64,000 nt of DNA from Gammaproteobacteria bacterium. GTDB taxonomy: Bacteria; Pseudomonadota; Gammaproteobacteria; Steroidobacterales; Rariloculaceae. The translations under genes were made by a program, and so were the position numbers. The DNA lies in contig JBJHBP010000004.1 of NCBI GenBank assembly GCA_050485545.1, positions 256 through 64,255 of the forward strand, written 5' to 3'. Position 1 is the first letter of the stretch. Every line of letters begins with the position of its first letter. Below the pieces are notes generated by a model, which was not told the origin of the DNA, did not search any database, and was given only the letters and a program-made list of their open reading frames with translations. Of this stretch, positions 9,531-20,811 are shown one piece after another.

Positions 9531-10889
9531 TCAGGACACGATTCGATAACAGGGCACGTAGGTTGCCGGATCAGACAGTCGCATGCGCCGCGATGCGACG
9601 AAATCCCCAAGGAGCTGATCGAGCGCGGAAATGACGTGCCTGTCACCGCGCAATTCGAACGGTCCGTGTTCCTCAACCAGACGGATTCCCTCCTCGCGAA
9701 CATTGCCGGCAACGATCCCGGAGAACGCCTGGCGCAGATTGACGGCCAGTTCACTGGCCGGCAGGTCCGCGCTGAGATCAAGTTTTGCCATGTTCTCGTG
9801 TGTTGCGTCGAATGGCTTCTGAAAATCCAGCCCGATCTTCAGCAGCCAGTTGTAGTAGTAGGCATCATCTGTCCTGACCCGGAACTCGCGCACCTGCTCG
9901 ACGCCCTGACATACCAGCCGAGCGACTTCAGCGGGATCACCAAGCACGACACTGTAGAGGCGCTGTGCCTCCTCTCCCAGGGTGCGACCAATGAAATCGT
10001 CCATCAGCTCGAAGTAGCCACGGCTTGAGACCGGACCGGAGAAAATCACCGGCAGACACGCCTCCTCGTTGCCCTGGCTGAGCAGAATGCCCAGCAGATA
10101 AAGGATCTCTTCCGCCGTCCCTACACCGCCTGGAAACACGACAATGCCATGCGCCACACGCACGAAGGCTTCCAGCCGCTTTTCCATGTCGGGAAGAATC
10201 ACGAGTTCGTTGACGATCGGGTTCGGGCTTTCCGCGGCGATGATCGTAGGCTCCGTCAGCCCGAGATAACGGCCATCGCGGATACGCTGCTTGGCATGCC
10301 CCAGTGTCGCGCCCTTCATTGGCCCTTTCATCGCACCCGCACCGCAGCCGGTGCACACATCAAGTCCGCGCAACCCCAGCGCGTAGCCGACTTCCTTCGT
10401 GTAGTCGTATTCGACGCGACTGATCGCGTGACCGCCCCAGCACACCACCAGTCGCGGCTCCATGCGCGGGTGCAGCACGCGCGCGTTGCGCAGAATGTGA
10501 AACACGGCATCGGTAATGCCGGAGGAATTTTCAGGATCGAAGCGCCGGCTGTTGTGAATCTCATCGTGCGTGTACAGCAGATCGCGCAGGACCGCGAAGA
10601 GCTGCTCACGTATGCCGCGTACCATCTTGCCATCGACGAACGCGCTGTCCGGCGCATTGCTCAGACGCAGCGCAATACCGCGCTCCTGCGGCACGATCTC
10701 GATGTCGAACTTCTCGTTGGCACGCAGTATGCGGCGAACGTCATCGTCCTCGGCACCCGAGTTCAGAACAGCCAGCGAACACTGCCGCCAGATCTGGTAC
10801 AGGCCACCTGCGCCGGCGTCACGCAACTGCAGCACTTCGGAGTGCGACAGAATTTCAAGGCTGCCCTGCGGCTCGATCAGCGCATCCAT
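9531..10889 (-). CDS. ppnN: Nucleotide 5'-monophosphate nucleosidase PpnN (YgdH, LOG family)
   Basis: VVCWGGH, TGCGAGAMKGPMKGA, EKRLEAFVR, FPGGVGTAEE, AFSGIVAGNVRE. Confidence 0.95.
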   Translation of the reverse strand: MDALIEPQGSLEILSHSEVLQLRDAGAGGLYQIWRQCSLAVLNSGAEDDDVRRILRANEKFDIEIVPQERGIALRLSNAPDSAFVDGKMVRGIREQLFAVLRDLLYTHDEIHNSRRFDPENSSGITDAVFHILRNARVLHPRMEPRLVVCWGGHAISRVEYDYTKEVGYALGLRGLDVCTGCGAGAMKGPMKGATLGHAKQRIRDGRYLGLTEPTIIAAESPNPIVNELVILPDMEKRLEAFVRVAHGIVVFPGGVGTAEEILYLLGILLSQGNEEACLPVIFSGPVSSRGYFELMDDFIGRTLGEEAQRLYSVVLGDPAEVARLVCQGVEQVREFRVRTDDAYYYNWLLKIGLDFQKPFDATHENMAKLDLSADLPASELAVNLRQAFSGIVAGNVREEGIRLVEEHGPFELRGDRHVISALDQLLGDFVASRRMRLSDPATYVPCYRIVS

Positions 10890-10905
10890 CGCGCGTCCTT
10901 TCGCC

Positions 10906-11436
10906 TCAAGGGCGTATCTCGATTGGTGTCCCCTCGCGGGTCATCAGCCAGATATCGATCATGTCCGAGTTGGACACGGCTATACAGCCATCGGTCCAGT
11001 CCCAGCCCTGATAGCGGCTTTCTTCGTAGCGGGGTATGTTCGGCGTACCGTGAATCATGATCGCGCCGCCCGGATCCACGCCCAGGGAGCGGGCATGGGC
11101 CCGATCCCGCTCGTTCGGATAGGAAACCAGTATGGACAGAAAGTAAGCGCTGTCGGTGTTGCGCGCGGTGAGCTGGTAGCGTCCTTCCGGCGTCCGATAG
11201 TCGCCTGATCGCTCCTTGTGCCCTTCCGGCATCAACCCCAGAGAGATCGGAAACGTGCGCAGCGCCTCGCCATTCTTCATCAGGTGGAGGACGCGGTTCG
11301 ATTTGTCCACCAGTACCAGATCGGCAGTCTGAATGTGGGAAGCCAGAGCCGGCTGAGCAGCAGCCGGCGCGACCGGAAGACACAGCCATGCACCCAGCAG
11401 AAGGGCGACCCGGACCCGCGTCATCGCCATCGACAT
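10906..11436 (-). CDS. L,D-transpeptidase (YkuD) family protein
   Basis: Signal peptide, VLVDKS, GDYRTPEG, catalytic IMIHG...WTDGCIAV. Confidence 0.9.
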   Translation of the reverse strand: MSMAMTRVRVALLLGAWLCLPVAPAAAQPALASHIQTADLVLVDKSNRVLHLMKNGEALRTFPISLGLMPEGHKERSGDYRTPEGRYQLTARNTDSAYFLSILVSYPNERDRAHARSLGVDPGGAIMIHGTPNIPRYEESRYQGWDWTDGCIAVSNSDMIDIWLMTREGTPIEIRP

Positions 11437-11480
11437 CGGCGCGGCATTGGCCCGGTAATCGCTGACATCACCAACTTCGC

Positions 11481-12365
11481 TCAACCCTGCTTCCGCAATG
11501 CGGCAATGCGCTCCTCAATTGGCGGATGCGACATGAACAGGCGTTTGAATCCTGCCATGTGGCCGGAATTGATGCCGAATGCCTGCATGGACTCAGGCAG
11601 ATCGCTGGGCTGATGAATCCGGCGCAGCTTGTCGAGCGCACTGATCATGTTCTCGCGTCCAGCCAGCTTCGCGCCACCGGCATCGGCACGGTATTCACGC
11701 AACCTCGAGAACCACATCACGATGGTACTGGCGAGAATGCCGAGCACGATCTGCGCAACGATGCTGACAATGAAGAAGCCCGGGCCAACGCCACGTTCGT
11801 TGCGGAACACCAGCCGATCGACAAGAAAGCCGATGACGCGGGAGAGAAACACGACAAACGTGTTCACCACGCCCTGAATGAGGGCCAGCGTAACCATATC
11901 CCCATTGGCGACATGGCTGACTTCATGGGCCAGGACCGCCTCGACCTCACGCTCGTTCATCCGACTGAGGAGGCCGGTGCTGACCGCCACCAGTGCCTTG
12001 TTGCGATTCCAGCCGGTGGCGAATGCGTTCACATCCTGTGAATCGTAAACAGCCACCTCCGGGCAGCCTATGCCCGCAGCCTGCGCCTGTCGCTGAACCG
12101 TATTGAGCAACCAGCTCTCGGTGGCATTGCGCGGTGTGTCGATGACGCGGGCACCGGTCATGCGTTTGGCCGACCACTTCGAGATGGCCAGCGAGATGAA
12201 CGAACCGGCAAAGCCGATGACCGCGGAGAAGATCAGCAGCGCCCGAAGGTCCAGATTCGTTCCGGTGTCGTCCAGAATCGACTGTATGCCCAACAGACGC
12301 ATGACGACCGCAAGCACCAGCAGTACTGCAATGTTCGTGGCAAGAAAGAGCGCAATCCGCTTCAT
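11481..12365 (-). CDS. htpX: Membrane zinc protease HtpX
   Basis: [40 protein letters not shown]. Confidence 0.97.
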   Translation of the reverse strand: MKRIALFLATNIAVLLVLAVVMRLLGIQSILDDTGTNLDLRALLIFSAVIGFAGSFISLAISKWSAKRMTGARVIDTPRNATESWLLNTVQRQAQAAGIGCPEVAVYDSQDVNAFATGWNRNKALVAVSTGLLSRMNEREVEAVLAHEVSHVANGDMVTLALIQGVVNTFVVFLSRVIGFLVDRLVFRNERGVGPGFFIVSIVAQIVLGILASTIVMWFSRLREYRADAGGAKLAGRENMISALDKLRRIHQPSDLPESMQAFGINSGHMAGFKRLFMSHPPIEERIAALRKQG

Positions 12366-12400
12366 GAGGTCTCCAGTCAGCTATCCATGCAGGTTCTCAT

Positions 12401-12428
12401 ATATGGACGCCAATTAGAGCATTACAAG
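12401..12428 (-). promoter_or_regulatory. Possible sigma32 promoter of htpX
   Basis: Minus strand reads CTTGTA-N14-GTCCATAT upstream of a known heat-shock gene. Confidence 0.55.
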
Positions 12429-12550
12429 CGCTTGCGGTTCCAGCTCCAGCCTCGGCGAAGGTGGCAGCAGCCGTCGCCGGCGCCTTCGGCACTGGTAGAA
12501 TCCGCGTCCAGTCTGGCCCTCGGGCCGCCCCCGGGTATCGGCTCCGCTCA

Positions 12551-13483
12551 ATGACGCCATCCGACGAACTGTCACTGTCCAGATTCCGTGCGCCGCGCTA
12601 CTGGCCGGCGTGGCTGCTCTGGCTGCTGATGCGCTCGGTAGTACTGCTGCCGTTCCGATGGCAGATTCGCATCGGCAAGGCGCTCGGACGCCTTGCCGGT
12701 CGATTCAATACCCGTGAACGTCGCAATGCGTTGCGCAATCTGGAAGTCTGTTTCCCGGAGCTGTCCGTCGAACAGCGCCAGACGCTGCTCCGGCAACACT
12801 TCGAGGCCATTGGCGCATCCTTTGTGGAAATGGGGCTGGGCTGGTTTGCACCCATAGAGAGGCTGCGCCGGCTGGTTGTAATCAATGGCCGCGAGCACAT
12901 GGAGAAAGTTGTCCGCGACGGTCGCGGCGCGATTATCTTTACCGCCCATTTCACCACGATAGAAACCTGCTGCGCGCTGTTCCAGGATCTGATCCCGGGC
13001 TGCGTATTCATGTACCGGCCGCAGGACAACGCGTTCGTCGACACCATGATCCGACGCGGACGCAGTCGCTTCGCCGGCGAGCAGATCCCCCGCGACAACG
13101 TGCGTGCGCTGCTGCGAGCCCTGAAGAACCGCAAGATCATCGCCTATGTGCCCGACCAGAGTTACGTTGGCAATCAGGGCGTTCTGCTGCCGTTCTTCGG
13201 TGAACCGGCGATATCGAACGTAGCGACCAGCAAGTTTGCGCGGCTGTCCGGCGCGCCGGTGCTGACATACTTCTTTCGCCGCCTGCCCGACGATTCGGGC
13301 TACGTCATTGACATCAGTCCGCCGCTGCAAGGGTTCCCTGCAGACGACCCGGTGGAGGACACGCGCCGGTTGAACCAGCTGCTCGAGGACTACATCCGAC
13401 GGGCGCCTGATCAGTATCTGTGGACCTACCGCAAGTTCAAGGGCCGGCCACCACCCTATCCGGACCTGTATCGAAGTCGCTGA
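12551..13483 (+). CDS. lpxL: Lipid A late acyltransferase (LpxL/HtrB family)
   Basis: APRYWPAW, RNLEVCFPEL, HFTTIE (HX4E), PDQSY, APDQYLWTYRKFK. Confidence 0.9.
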   Translation: MTPSDELSLSRFRAPRYWPAWLLWLLMRSVVLLPFRWQIRIGKALGRLAGRFNTRERRNALRNLEVCFPELSVEQRQTLLRQHFEAIGASFVEMGLGWFAPIERLRRLVVINGREHMEKVVRDGRGAIIFTAHFTTIETCCALFQDLIPGCVFMYRPQDNAFVDTMIRRGRSRFAGEQIPRDNVRALLRALKNRKIIAYVPDQSYVGNQGVLLPFFGEPAISNVATSKFARLSGAPVLTYFFRRLPDDSGYVIDISPPLQGFPADDPVEDTRRLNQLLEDYIRRAPDQYLWTYRKFKGRPPPYPDLYRSR

Positions 13484-14194
13484 TCAGTCGCGGTAACCGC
13501 CCTTGAGCGCCCGCCAGTCGTCCTCGGCGAACAACATGCCGGTCTCCAGCGCGACCTTGCGAAGCGATCGCTGCAGCCGGGCGATCCCGGCCTGGCGCCA
13601 CCGCCCCGGCCGCCGGATGCCAGCTTTGTCGAAGTCGACCAGATATACCCGCCCCTCTGAATCGAGCAGGATGTTGTGGGCGGTCAGGTCAGGGTGATCG
13701 ACACCATGACGATGAAACTCGCGCACCATCCGTCCAATGCGTGCCCACTGCTGTGGCGGCACACGCCCTTCCCGGAGGAAGGAAGCCAGGGCACGCGCAC
13801 CGGTCAGATATTCGGTAATGATGTCGGCCTGATACAGAGGGCCATGGCGGACCACGCGCGCCGCAACCGGTCGCGGCACCGGCAGACCGATGTCGAACAG
13901 CTGGCGCAGCAGCCGCCATTCGCGGAATGCCCGCGTCCGCTCCAGACCCAGCCACAGGTAGTGGTCGTGTACGAAGCGGGACACGATCCCGCCGCGATGG
14001 TAGTGCCGCAACACCCAGGTCTGTACGTCGTGCCTGACGACCAGCACCGTTCCCCGCCCCAGCGCCTGATCCACGACCGCGTCGCGGCTCAGCCAGTAGT
14101 CACGCTCGAACCACTGTTCCGATACCGCCTGCTCGCCACCATCGAACAACATCGCAGCGCTACCGCTGTGCATAACACCGGATTCGGACTTCAT
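13484..14194 (-). CDS. kdkA: 3-deoxy-D-manno-octulosonic acid (Kdo) kinase
   Basis: GRGTV, VLRHYHRGG, LPVPRPVAAR, HPDLTAHNILL, LVDFDK, RLQRSLRK. Confidence 0.9.
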   Translation of the reverse strand: MKSESGVMHSGSAAMLFDGGEQAVSEQWFERDYWLSRDAVVDQALGRGTVLVVRHDVQTWVLRHYHRGGIVSRFVHDHYLWLGLERTRAFREWRLLRQLFDIGLPVPRPVAARVVRHGPLYQADIITEYLTGARALASFLREGRVPPQQWARIGRMVREFHRHGVDHPDLTAHNILLDSEGRVYLVDFDKAGIRRPGRWRQAGIARLQRSLRKVALETGMLFAEDDWRALKGGYRD

Positions 14195-15264
14195 CGCCGC
14201 GCCTCGTCGGCGCTGATGCCGGCAACTGCACCGATACCGCCAGCGGCCGCCACGACAGCCGCGTGCACCGTCTCCACGTCGATGCCGCGCAGACAGTTCA
14301 GATGGGATAGCGGACAGGTACGCTGCCAGCAGGGGCTGCATTCGAGGTCGAGATGGATCACTGTGCGTTTTTCGGTGAGCGGCGGTGTGAAAGCGGGCGA
14401 TGACGAGCCGTAGATCGCGATGACGTGAGTATCGACCGCAGCAGCGATGTGCATCAACCCGGAATCGTTGGTGACGGCCACACGGGCCTGTGCGAGCAGA
14501 TCCACCGCATCGCCCAGTGATGTGTCACCGCACAGGTTGCGTACCAGCGGATGAGCCGCGTGCGTCCGGATCTGCTCGCCCAGTGGCTGCTCCCTGGCCG
14601 ATCCCAGCACGACCACGGCCCAGCCATCGCGCCCCAGACGCCGCGCCAGTTCAGCGAATCGATCGGTGGGCCAGCGTTTGGCCTCGCCGTATTCCGCACC
14701 CGGCATCAGCGCCACCAGCGGCCGCTCGCCGGGCAGCCCGAACCGTACCGCGAGCTGCGCCTGGTTGGCCTTGTCCACGTGCAGCGATGGCACCAGCAGA
14801 TCGGCCACAGGCAAAGGTTCAGCGGATGTATCCGGCGCCAGCGCAACAAAGCGCTTGACGGTCTGGTCCAGCGCGTCGGCGGCGAACGGTCGGATGTCGT
14901 TGATCACGCCGTAGCGGAATTCGCCCCGATAGCCGGTGCGCACCGGTATCCCGGCGAGCCACGGCACCAGCGCCGCCTTCAGCGAACGCGGCAGCACGAT
15001 GGCGCGCGCATAACCTGCCGCGGCCAGCCCTCTGGCGGCCCGCCAACGCCGACCCAATGCCAGCTCACCATGGGCAACCGGCAACTCGACAGCGCGGCGC
15101 ACCTGGGGCATGCGCGCAATCACCGGCGCCGACCAGCCTGGCGCGAGCACGTCGATATCCCGGGTCGGCTCGCGTCGCTTCAACTCGCGGTACAGTGCCT
15201 GGGCCATCACCATATCGCCGACCCACGACGGCCCGACCACCAGCAGGCTGGAAGTCGTGCTCAC
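14191..15264 (-). CDS. waaF: LPS heptosyltransferase II
   Basis: [47 protein letters not shown]; GTG start overlaps the hldD stop. Confidence 0.95.
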   Translation of the reverse strand: MSTTSSLLVVGPSWVGDMVMAQALYRELKRREPTRDIDVLAPGWSAPVIARMPQVRRAVELPVAHGELALGRRWRAARGLAAAGYARAIVLPRSLKAALVPWLAGIPVRTGYRGEFRYGVINDIRPFAADALDQTVKRFVALAPDTSAEPLPVADLLVPSLHVDKANQAQLAVRFGLPGERPLVALMPGAEYGEAKRWPTDRFAELARRLGRDGWAVVVLGSAREQPLGEQIRTHAAHPLVRNLCGDTSLGDAVDLLAQARVAVTNDSGLMHIAAAVDTHVIAIYGSSSPAFTPPLTEKRTVIHLDLECSPCWQRTCPLSHLNCLRGIDVETVHAAVVAAAGGIGAVAGISADEARR

Positions 15265-16208
15265 GAACGCTCGGCCAGACGGTCCAGATAGGCGCGCACG
15301 CCGGCTTCCACTCCCCTGAATGGCGTATCGCATCCGGCGTTGCGCAATGCGCTCATGTCCGCTTCCGTGAAGCTCTGGTAACGACCCACAAGGCTCTGCG
15401 GAAACGGCACGTAGCGAATCACGCCACGGCCACACCAGTCGATAACCGCCCGGGCCAGGTCATTGAAGGTCTCGCTGTGGCCGGTACCGACATTGAACAC
15501 GCCGGACACATCGGGATGCTCCAGGAACCACAGGTTGACGGCGGCAACGTCATCGACATAAACGAAATCCCGGCGCTGCTCGCCGGCTTCATAGCCGTCG
15601 CTGCCCTCGAACAGCCTCGCCTCGCCATCGTCGCGAATCTGGCCATACAGATGGCAGGCAACGCTGGCCATACCGTCCTTGTGCGCTTCGCCTGGACCAT
15701 AGACATTGAAGTAACGCAGTCCGACGATCTGCGACCGCGCACTCGCCAGGCGCCGGCGCACATACTGATCAAACAGCAGTTTCGAATAGCCGTAGACATT
15801 CAGCGGCCGCTCGGCATCCGGCTGATCCTCACGAAACACGCGGCCGGCACCGTATACAGCCGCCGACGATGCGTAGATCAGCGCGACGCCTTCGGCCAGG
15901 CAGTAGTCCAGCAGCCTTGTGGAGTATCGATAGTTGGACTCCATCATGTAGCGGCCATCCCACTCGGTGGTTACCGCACAGGCACCCTGATGCAGCACCG
16001 CGCGCGGCCTGAAGCCGAGTCCGCTTTCCAGTCGGGCGGCGAACAGGTCGCGATCCCAGTAGTCGCTGATGCTGCAGTCGACCAGATTCGCGAACTTGCG
16101 CCCGTCGGTCAGGTCATCGACAACCAGGATGTCGGTCTCTCCGGCACGATTGAGCGCACGTACCACATTGCTGCCGATGAAGCCGGCGCCGCCGGTGACT
16201 ACGATCAT
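15261..16208 (-). CDS. hldD: ADP-L-glycero-D-manno-heptose 6-epimerase
   Basis: [54 protein letters not shown]. Confidence 0.96.
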   Translation of the reverse strand: MIVVTGGAGFIGSNVVRALNRAGETDILVVDDLTDGRKFANLVDCSISDYWDRDLFAARLESGLGFRPRAVLHQGACAVTTEWDGRYMMESNYRYSTRLLDYCLAEGVALIYASSAAVYGAGRVFREDQPDAERPLNVYGYSKLLFDQYVRRRLASARSQIVGLRYFNVYGPGEAHKDGMASVACHLYGQIRDDGEARLFEGSDGYEAGEQRRDFVYVDDVAAVNLWFLEHPDVSGVFNVGTGHSETFNDLARAVIDWCGRGVIRYVPFPQSLVGRYQSFTEADMSALRNAGCDTPFRGVEAGVRAYLDRLAERS

Positions 16209-17263
16209 TCCACCTTCCCGTTCCAATTGAAGTCTGGCAGCAGCTGACGGTACACGTGCAGGTAGCGATCAGCCATGCGTTCGGCCGAAAACCCCTGCGA
16301 CCGGACGCGGTTGGCCTCACCCATGGCGATGCGCGAATCCGGCCGCTCGTACAGTGCCCGTATTGCATCCGCCAATGCATGCGCATCGCCTGGCGGCACG
16401 AGCAGACCGTTCTCACCGTCGGCGACCAGCTCCGGTATGCCGCCAGCCCAGCTCGCAACGATCGGCAGTCCGAACTGCATGGCATCGATCAGCGTCGATC
16501 CCAGCCCTTCACTCAGGGAAGGAAATACGAACAGGTCGAAAGCGGCAAGATAATCGCCGACATTGGCCGACCAGCCGGCAAAGGTGACATTCGGCAGATG
16601 CGCCGCAGCGCGCCGCATGGTCACTTCATCCCTGCCCGATCCGACCAGCACGAAGTGTAGCCGAGGATGCGACTCGGCAAGCATGCCGGCTGCCTCGATC
16701 AGCACCAGGTGCCCCTTGCGCTCGTCCAGCGCGCCGATGGTACCAACCAGAAAACGCTCCGGGTGACGCTCGCGAAAGGCGCGCACCCATGCCCGGTCGC
16801 TGCGCAGATCGCTCGAAGCGCTGGGAATCTCATGAAACGCCAGATCGGAGTCGTACGACCGCATCACGGTGCCTATTGCGCGCGACAGCACCACCACCGC
16901 GGCTGCGCGCCGGTAAATGGCTCGTGTGAATACGTCCGTACGCGGCCGGTTGTCCACGCGACGGGTGACGACGTAGGGAGCTGGCCACCGACAGCTGCGC
17001 AACATGGCGACCTGCGCGCCATGCGTTTCGTGCGCGTGGACCAGGTCCGCGTCGGCGATTGCAAACACCGCGCCAACACGCGTGCGCACGGCCACAACTT
17101 CGACATCGGGGACGCCGCTGAGGCGCGTGGTCAGGGGCTCGCCCGCGCGCGCGACCAGTCGCTGTGATCCGACCTGTCCCTGCAGTGCACGTATCAGCAG
17201 TTCGGTCTGTCGTTCACCGCCACGGAACCCGCGCGCCAGATTGACATGGCAGATTCGCGGCAA
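16205..17263 (-). CDS. Glycosyltransferase family 4
   Basis: [31 protein letters not shown]; start probably TTG near 17263, since the longer ORF overlaps the zinc-finger gene. Confidence 0.9.
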   Translation of the reverse strand: MPRICHVNLARGFRGGERQTELLIRALQGQVGSQRLVARAGEPLTTRLSGVPDVEVVAVRTRVGAVFAIADADLVHAHETHGAQVAMLRSCRWPAPYVVTRRVDNRPRTDVFTRAIYRRAAAVVVLSRAIGTVMRSYDSDLAFHEIPSASSDLRSDRAWVRAFRERHPERFLVGTIGALDERKGHLVLIEAAGMLAESHPRLHFVLVGSGRDEVTMRRAAAHLPNVTFAGWSANVGDYLAAFDLFVFPSLSEGLGSTLIDAMQFGLPIVASWAGGIPELVADGENGLLVPPGDAHALADAIRALYERPDSRIAMGEANRVRSQGFSAERMADRYLHVYRQLLPDFNWNGKVE

Positions 17264-17291
17264 TCGCCCGGCCGGGCCATCCCGCAAGCTG

Positions 17292-17489
17292 TCAGGACCC
17301 GTCGGCGACAAGCGTGTAGTTCGCACCGCAGTAAGGACACTTGGCCTCACCGGTGACTTCGATGGGCAGATAGACCCTGGGGTGGGAATTCCACAGATAC
17401 ATGCCGGGCCGCGGACAATGCAGCGGCAGTTCGCTATCACGAACCTGGTAACTGCGCTCTGCATTCGGCGCAATGAGATCTTCGTCCAC
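17292..17489 (-). CDS. zf-CHCC zinc-finger domain protein
   Basis: LPLHCP...WNSHPRVYLPI...AKCPYCG; start uncertain (GTG at 17489). Confidence 0.88.
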   Translation of the reverse strand: MDEDLIAPNAERSYQVRDSELPLHCPRPGMYLWNSHPRVYLPIEVTGEAKCPYCGANYTLVADGS

Positions 17490-17688
17490 CCTGCCAGCGC
17501 GCAAACGCACAGTGCGTCCTCCTGAATCTGCGAGATGCGGATTATACGGCATCCCACCCCTGCCACCGTGCCCGGCCGCTGGCGCTGCGCCGGTACCGGA
17601 AGGGCCGGAATTGCCCGACATCGAAAAACTGCTTACCCTCGCAAGGCTCCGCCCCGGCTGACCATCACGGCGACCATCGCTGATCCGC

Positions 17689-18762
17689 ATGACCATACTG
17701 CTCTATCACCGCAATCTCAGCCTGACCAGCGGCACCGGTCAGCTCGTGCACATGCAGGCCCGACACCTGAAGCAGCGAGGCGAGAAGACATTGCTTGCCT
17801 GCCAGCGTCGCGGATTCAAATTCTTTCTGCGTACCGGCCTGCCGGCCAGAAGTCTGTCCGTGAGTCGCGTGCGCAGGCTGGCGGCCCGCGACGGCTGCCT
17901 GCTCGTTGACCATGGCATGCTGATACCGCAGGCCGACATCGTTTTCGTGCACAACGTCGTGACGGAAGCCAATCGTTATCTGAATCGACAGGATCTTCAG
18001 GCCGACGCCGCCCATGAACAGGGCTTTTTTCGCGATCTGGATCCACACACACGGCTCATCGCCAACTCCGATATGACGCGCAAGGCATTAGCCTCATGCT
18101 TCGAACTGGAACCGGATCGCATCACCGTCGCCTATCCGGGGTTCCGCTCCGACCGATTCTCGTCAGCAACCACACGGCAGCTGCGTGCCCGCGCACGACG
18201 AAAGCTCGGGGTTGCCGAAAACGTGCCGCTGATCGGCTTCGTGACATCCGGCGACTTTCACAAGCGCGGTCTCGACCTCTTCCTGGAGGCGGCCAGGCGC
18301 ATACTGGCGGCGCGAGACGATGCGCGCTTCCTCGTTGTCGGCTCACGCAGACTGCCCGACGAGGCGGCAGCTGACAGACTACACACCGGGGGTGCGCTGC
18401 TGTATCGGGCGAAGTCACATCAGCCGCAGCTGTGGATGTCGGCACTGGACCTGTTCCTGTACCCCGCCCGCTTCGAGGAGTTCGGCATGGTGGTTGCCGA
18501 AGCGCAGGCCTCGGGCATTGCGGTGCTTACATCACGGCGCGTCGGCGCCGCCGAGTGCCTGCCTGAAATCTACCGACCGTGGCTGATGGATGCACCGGAC
18601 CCCGCAGCACTTGCGGACAATGCCCTGGCGCTGCTGGATCAGCCGGACACGCGACAGGCTCTGGCCGACGCTGGCGCGGCCAGCGTGGCGGCGCTCGACC
18701 AGCATCACTACGCGCGCCTGACGGTTGACGCAATTCTCGATCAGAAACGCACGCTCAGATAG
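17689..18762 (+). CDS. Glycosyltransferase family 4
   Basis: IANSDMT, SGDFHKRG, YPARFEEFGMVVAEAQASG (EX7E). Confidence 0.9.
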   Translation: MTILLYHRNLSLTSGTGQLVHMQARHLKQRGEKTLLACQRRGFKFFLRTGLPARSLSVSRVRRLAARDGCLLVDHGMLIPQADIVFVHNVVTEANRYLNRQDLQADAAHEQGFFRDLDPHTRLIANSDMTRKALASCFELEPDRITVAYPGFRSDRFSSATTRQLRARARRKLGVAENVPLIGFVTSGDFHKRGLDLFLEAARRILAARDDARFLVVGSRRLPDEAAADRLHTGGALLYRAKSHQPQLWMSALDLFLYPARFEEFGMVVAEAQASGIAVLTSRRVGAAECLPEIYRPWLMDAPDPAALADNALALLDQPDTRQALADAGAASVAALDQHHYARLTVDAILDQKRTLR

Positions 18763-19280
18763 AGGCGCAATCCGCTGATGTCGTGAAAGTTATCCGGACT
18801 GCCGCCCTGCGGATCCGAAGGCAGCAGATTGTCCCGTGCCACCTTGTCGCCATAGCGCACGTCCAGACCAAGATCCCAGCGTGGCCACAGGTCCTTGTAC
18901 TGCGCGCCGAATCCCGCGTAGTAGCCATAGGCTGGTGTTGCCAGGTCCAGCCGCGCGGCACCGATGAATGCGCCGACGGCGAACCGTCGTGATATATGGA
19001 AACGATAGTCGAGCGCCCGTGCCGCAAGCAGCAGATCATCATCGATGCGGTCGGCCTCCAGACGGGCACCGATATCGCTGCGCTCACCGACGTCCCGCCG
19101 CACACCGACGGCGACAGCCAGCCCGCTGTCGCGACGCTTGACGGTGTCGTCGCGCAGCGCGATCTTCGATTCCACCCGGTTAACGCTGGCACCCACATCG
19201 ACGAACACCTCGGCCAGGGACGGCGTCGCCAACAGCATTACGCACACGGCCAGGCATCCGGTTCGTCGGGTTCGTCTCAC
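18741..19280 (-). CDS. Hypothetical secreted/outer-membrane beta-barrel-like protein
   Basis: Signal peptide, alternating amphipathic strands, C-terminal YLSVRF beta-signal; abuts the Wzi-like gene. Confidence 0.7.
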   Translation of the reverse strand: MRRTRRTGCLAVCVMLLATPSLAEVFVDVGASVNRVESKIALRDDTVKRRDSGLAVAVGVRRDVGERSDIGARLEADRIDDDLLLAARALDYRFHISRRFAVGAFIGAARLDLATPAYGYYAGFGAQYKDLWPRWDLGLDVRYGDKVARDNLLPSDPQGGSPDNFHDISGLRLYLSVRF

Positions 19281-19283
19281 GGG

Positions 19284-20708
19284 TCAATACCTCACAAACG
19301 CACCGAGCATGGAAAACGAATCACCGAACACGGTCCGGCCCACGTACAGCTCGGTGCCAACGAAGAATTGCCGCCAGGGCCGGCTGTACCTGACCTCCAG
19401 CAGTCGTGCCCGACTGTAGTCAGGCGCCGTATAGGACTGGTTCTCGAGCGTCCGGTACACCGCAGTGATCGAACCGCCCCCCGTAGCATGCCGGACGAGC
19501 CGCAGCATCATGCTGCGTGCACCGACGCCGTCTCCGACGACGCGGTAATCAGCTCCCCAGTGACCCAGCACATTGCCCTTGTGAGACAGCCCGTCCTGAT
19601 ACGTACTATGGACATACCACGCGTTCTGCCATTCACCCAACTCCGCCACCAGTTCGTAGCGGTTGAACAGGCTCGGAAAATGAATGCCGCCGGACAGTGT
19701 CGCGTTGCCGGGGCGAATATCGCTCTGCGCGGACGTGTCCTCACCGCCGTACTCGAAGTAGACGGCGAACGGCACCCTGCCCGGCATCACCAGGCGCGTC
19801 GTGATGGAAGCAACCTGATTGCCGAACTCGTCGTCCTGCGACAGGCCATTGCTCGACAGATTGTCGTAACGCGACGGGCTGAACAGCGCCTTGATCAGGT
19901 CGCGCGGATTCAATCCACCGCGCGCCCCGCCGCCAAACTGCATCAGGCGATTGATCCCGATCGACCAGCCGTCAAAAGGCTGCAGGGACACATGCATGCC
20001 GGCCAGAGACGGACGGCCGGCGGTGAAGCCGTCCTCGAACACGATCCGCTCGGAATGGCTCATGCGACCGACGAACACCTCGTAGCGCAGGCGCAACCGG
20101 GTCAGCGGGGCGTAGTTGGAGACGGTCAGTGAAGGCATGGTTGCCGCCTGCGTACCGATCAACATCGGCCCGTCCGTCATCGGCGACCACCATCGGTCGC
20201 GGTATCCCAGGTCCACCTGCGCGAACTCACGACCGACACTGATGACGGTCCCGGTCGGCGTGATCTCACCGCTGTGGGCGAGCACACCCTTGTTCACGAG
20301 CACAAAGTCGCCGGGCTGCCAGTGCGACTGCAGCGAAAATCCGTAGCGGCTGCTGGTGGACATGCCATGCCGTGACGGCAACGCCGTGTCCGGACCATCC
20401 GACGCGTATACCGTGGCGCTGGCATGGTTGATGCCCATGGAACGCATATAGCCGGCCAGGTAGTTCCTGACTTCGGCGCACAATGCCGGATCGACTTCGC
20501 ACGCGGCCGGCAAGGCATCGAATACGGATGCGGCGGACAGCGGCCTGCTCACCACCGGCTCACCGGCGAGTATCATCAGACGCTCGATACGGCTCTCGAT
20601 CTCCGGGGAAAGCTGCAACGGCAGGTAGGGACTCACGCCGCGAGCCGCCATCGCGGCAGCCGACAGGAGCCAGAGAAGCAGTACCGGAATTGCGTAACGC
20701 CGTGCCAT
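19284..20708 (-). CDS. Capsule assembly Wzi-family outer membrane protein
   Basis: Signal peptide, GYRDRWWSP, RLMQFGG, GNQVAS, YFEYGGED, LGHWG and a terminal aromatic residue. Confidence 0.75.
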   Translation of the reverse strand: MARRYAIPVLLLWLLSAAAMAARGVSPYLPLQLSPEIESRIERLMILAGEPVVSRPLSAASVFDALPAACEVDPALCAEVRNYLAGYMRSMGINHASATVYASDGPDTALPSRHGMSTSSRYGFSLQSHWQPGDFVLVNKGVLAHSGEITPTGTVISVGREFAQVDLGYRDRWWSPMTDGPMLIGTQAATMPSLTVSNYAPLTRLRLRYEVFVGRMSHSERIVFEDGFTAGRPSLAGMHVSLQPFDGWSIGINRLMQFGGGARGGLNPRDLIKALFSPSRYDNLSSNGLSQDDEFGNQVASITTRLVMPGRVPFAVYFEYGGEDTSAQSDIRPGNATLSGGIHFPSLFNRYELVAELGEWQNAWYVHSTYQDGLSHKGNVLGHWGADYRVVGDGVGARSMMLRLVRHATGGGSITAVYRTLENQSYTAPDYSRARLLEVRYSRPWRQFFVGTELYVGRTVFGDSFSMLGAFVRY

Positions 20709-20811
20709 CACGGCGCACATCGTATAGACGTTTGACCCTGTTCGCGACTGTTGCCCGTCGCCGACACCCAGCGCCGCGGACGCCGGAAAACCATTGCAAG
20801 GCCGGAACAGG

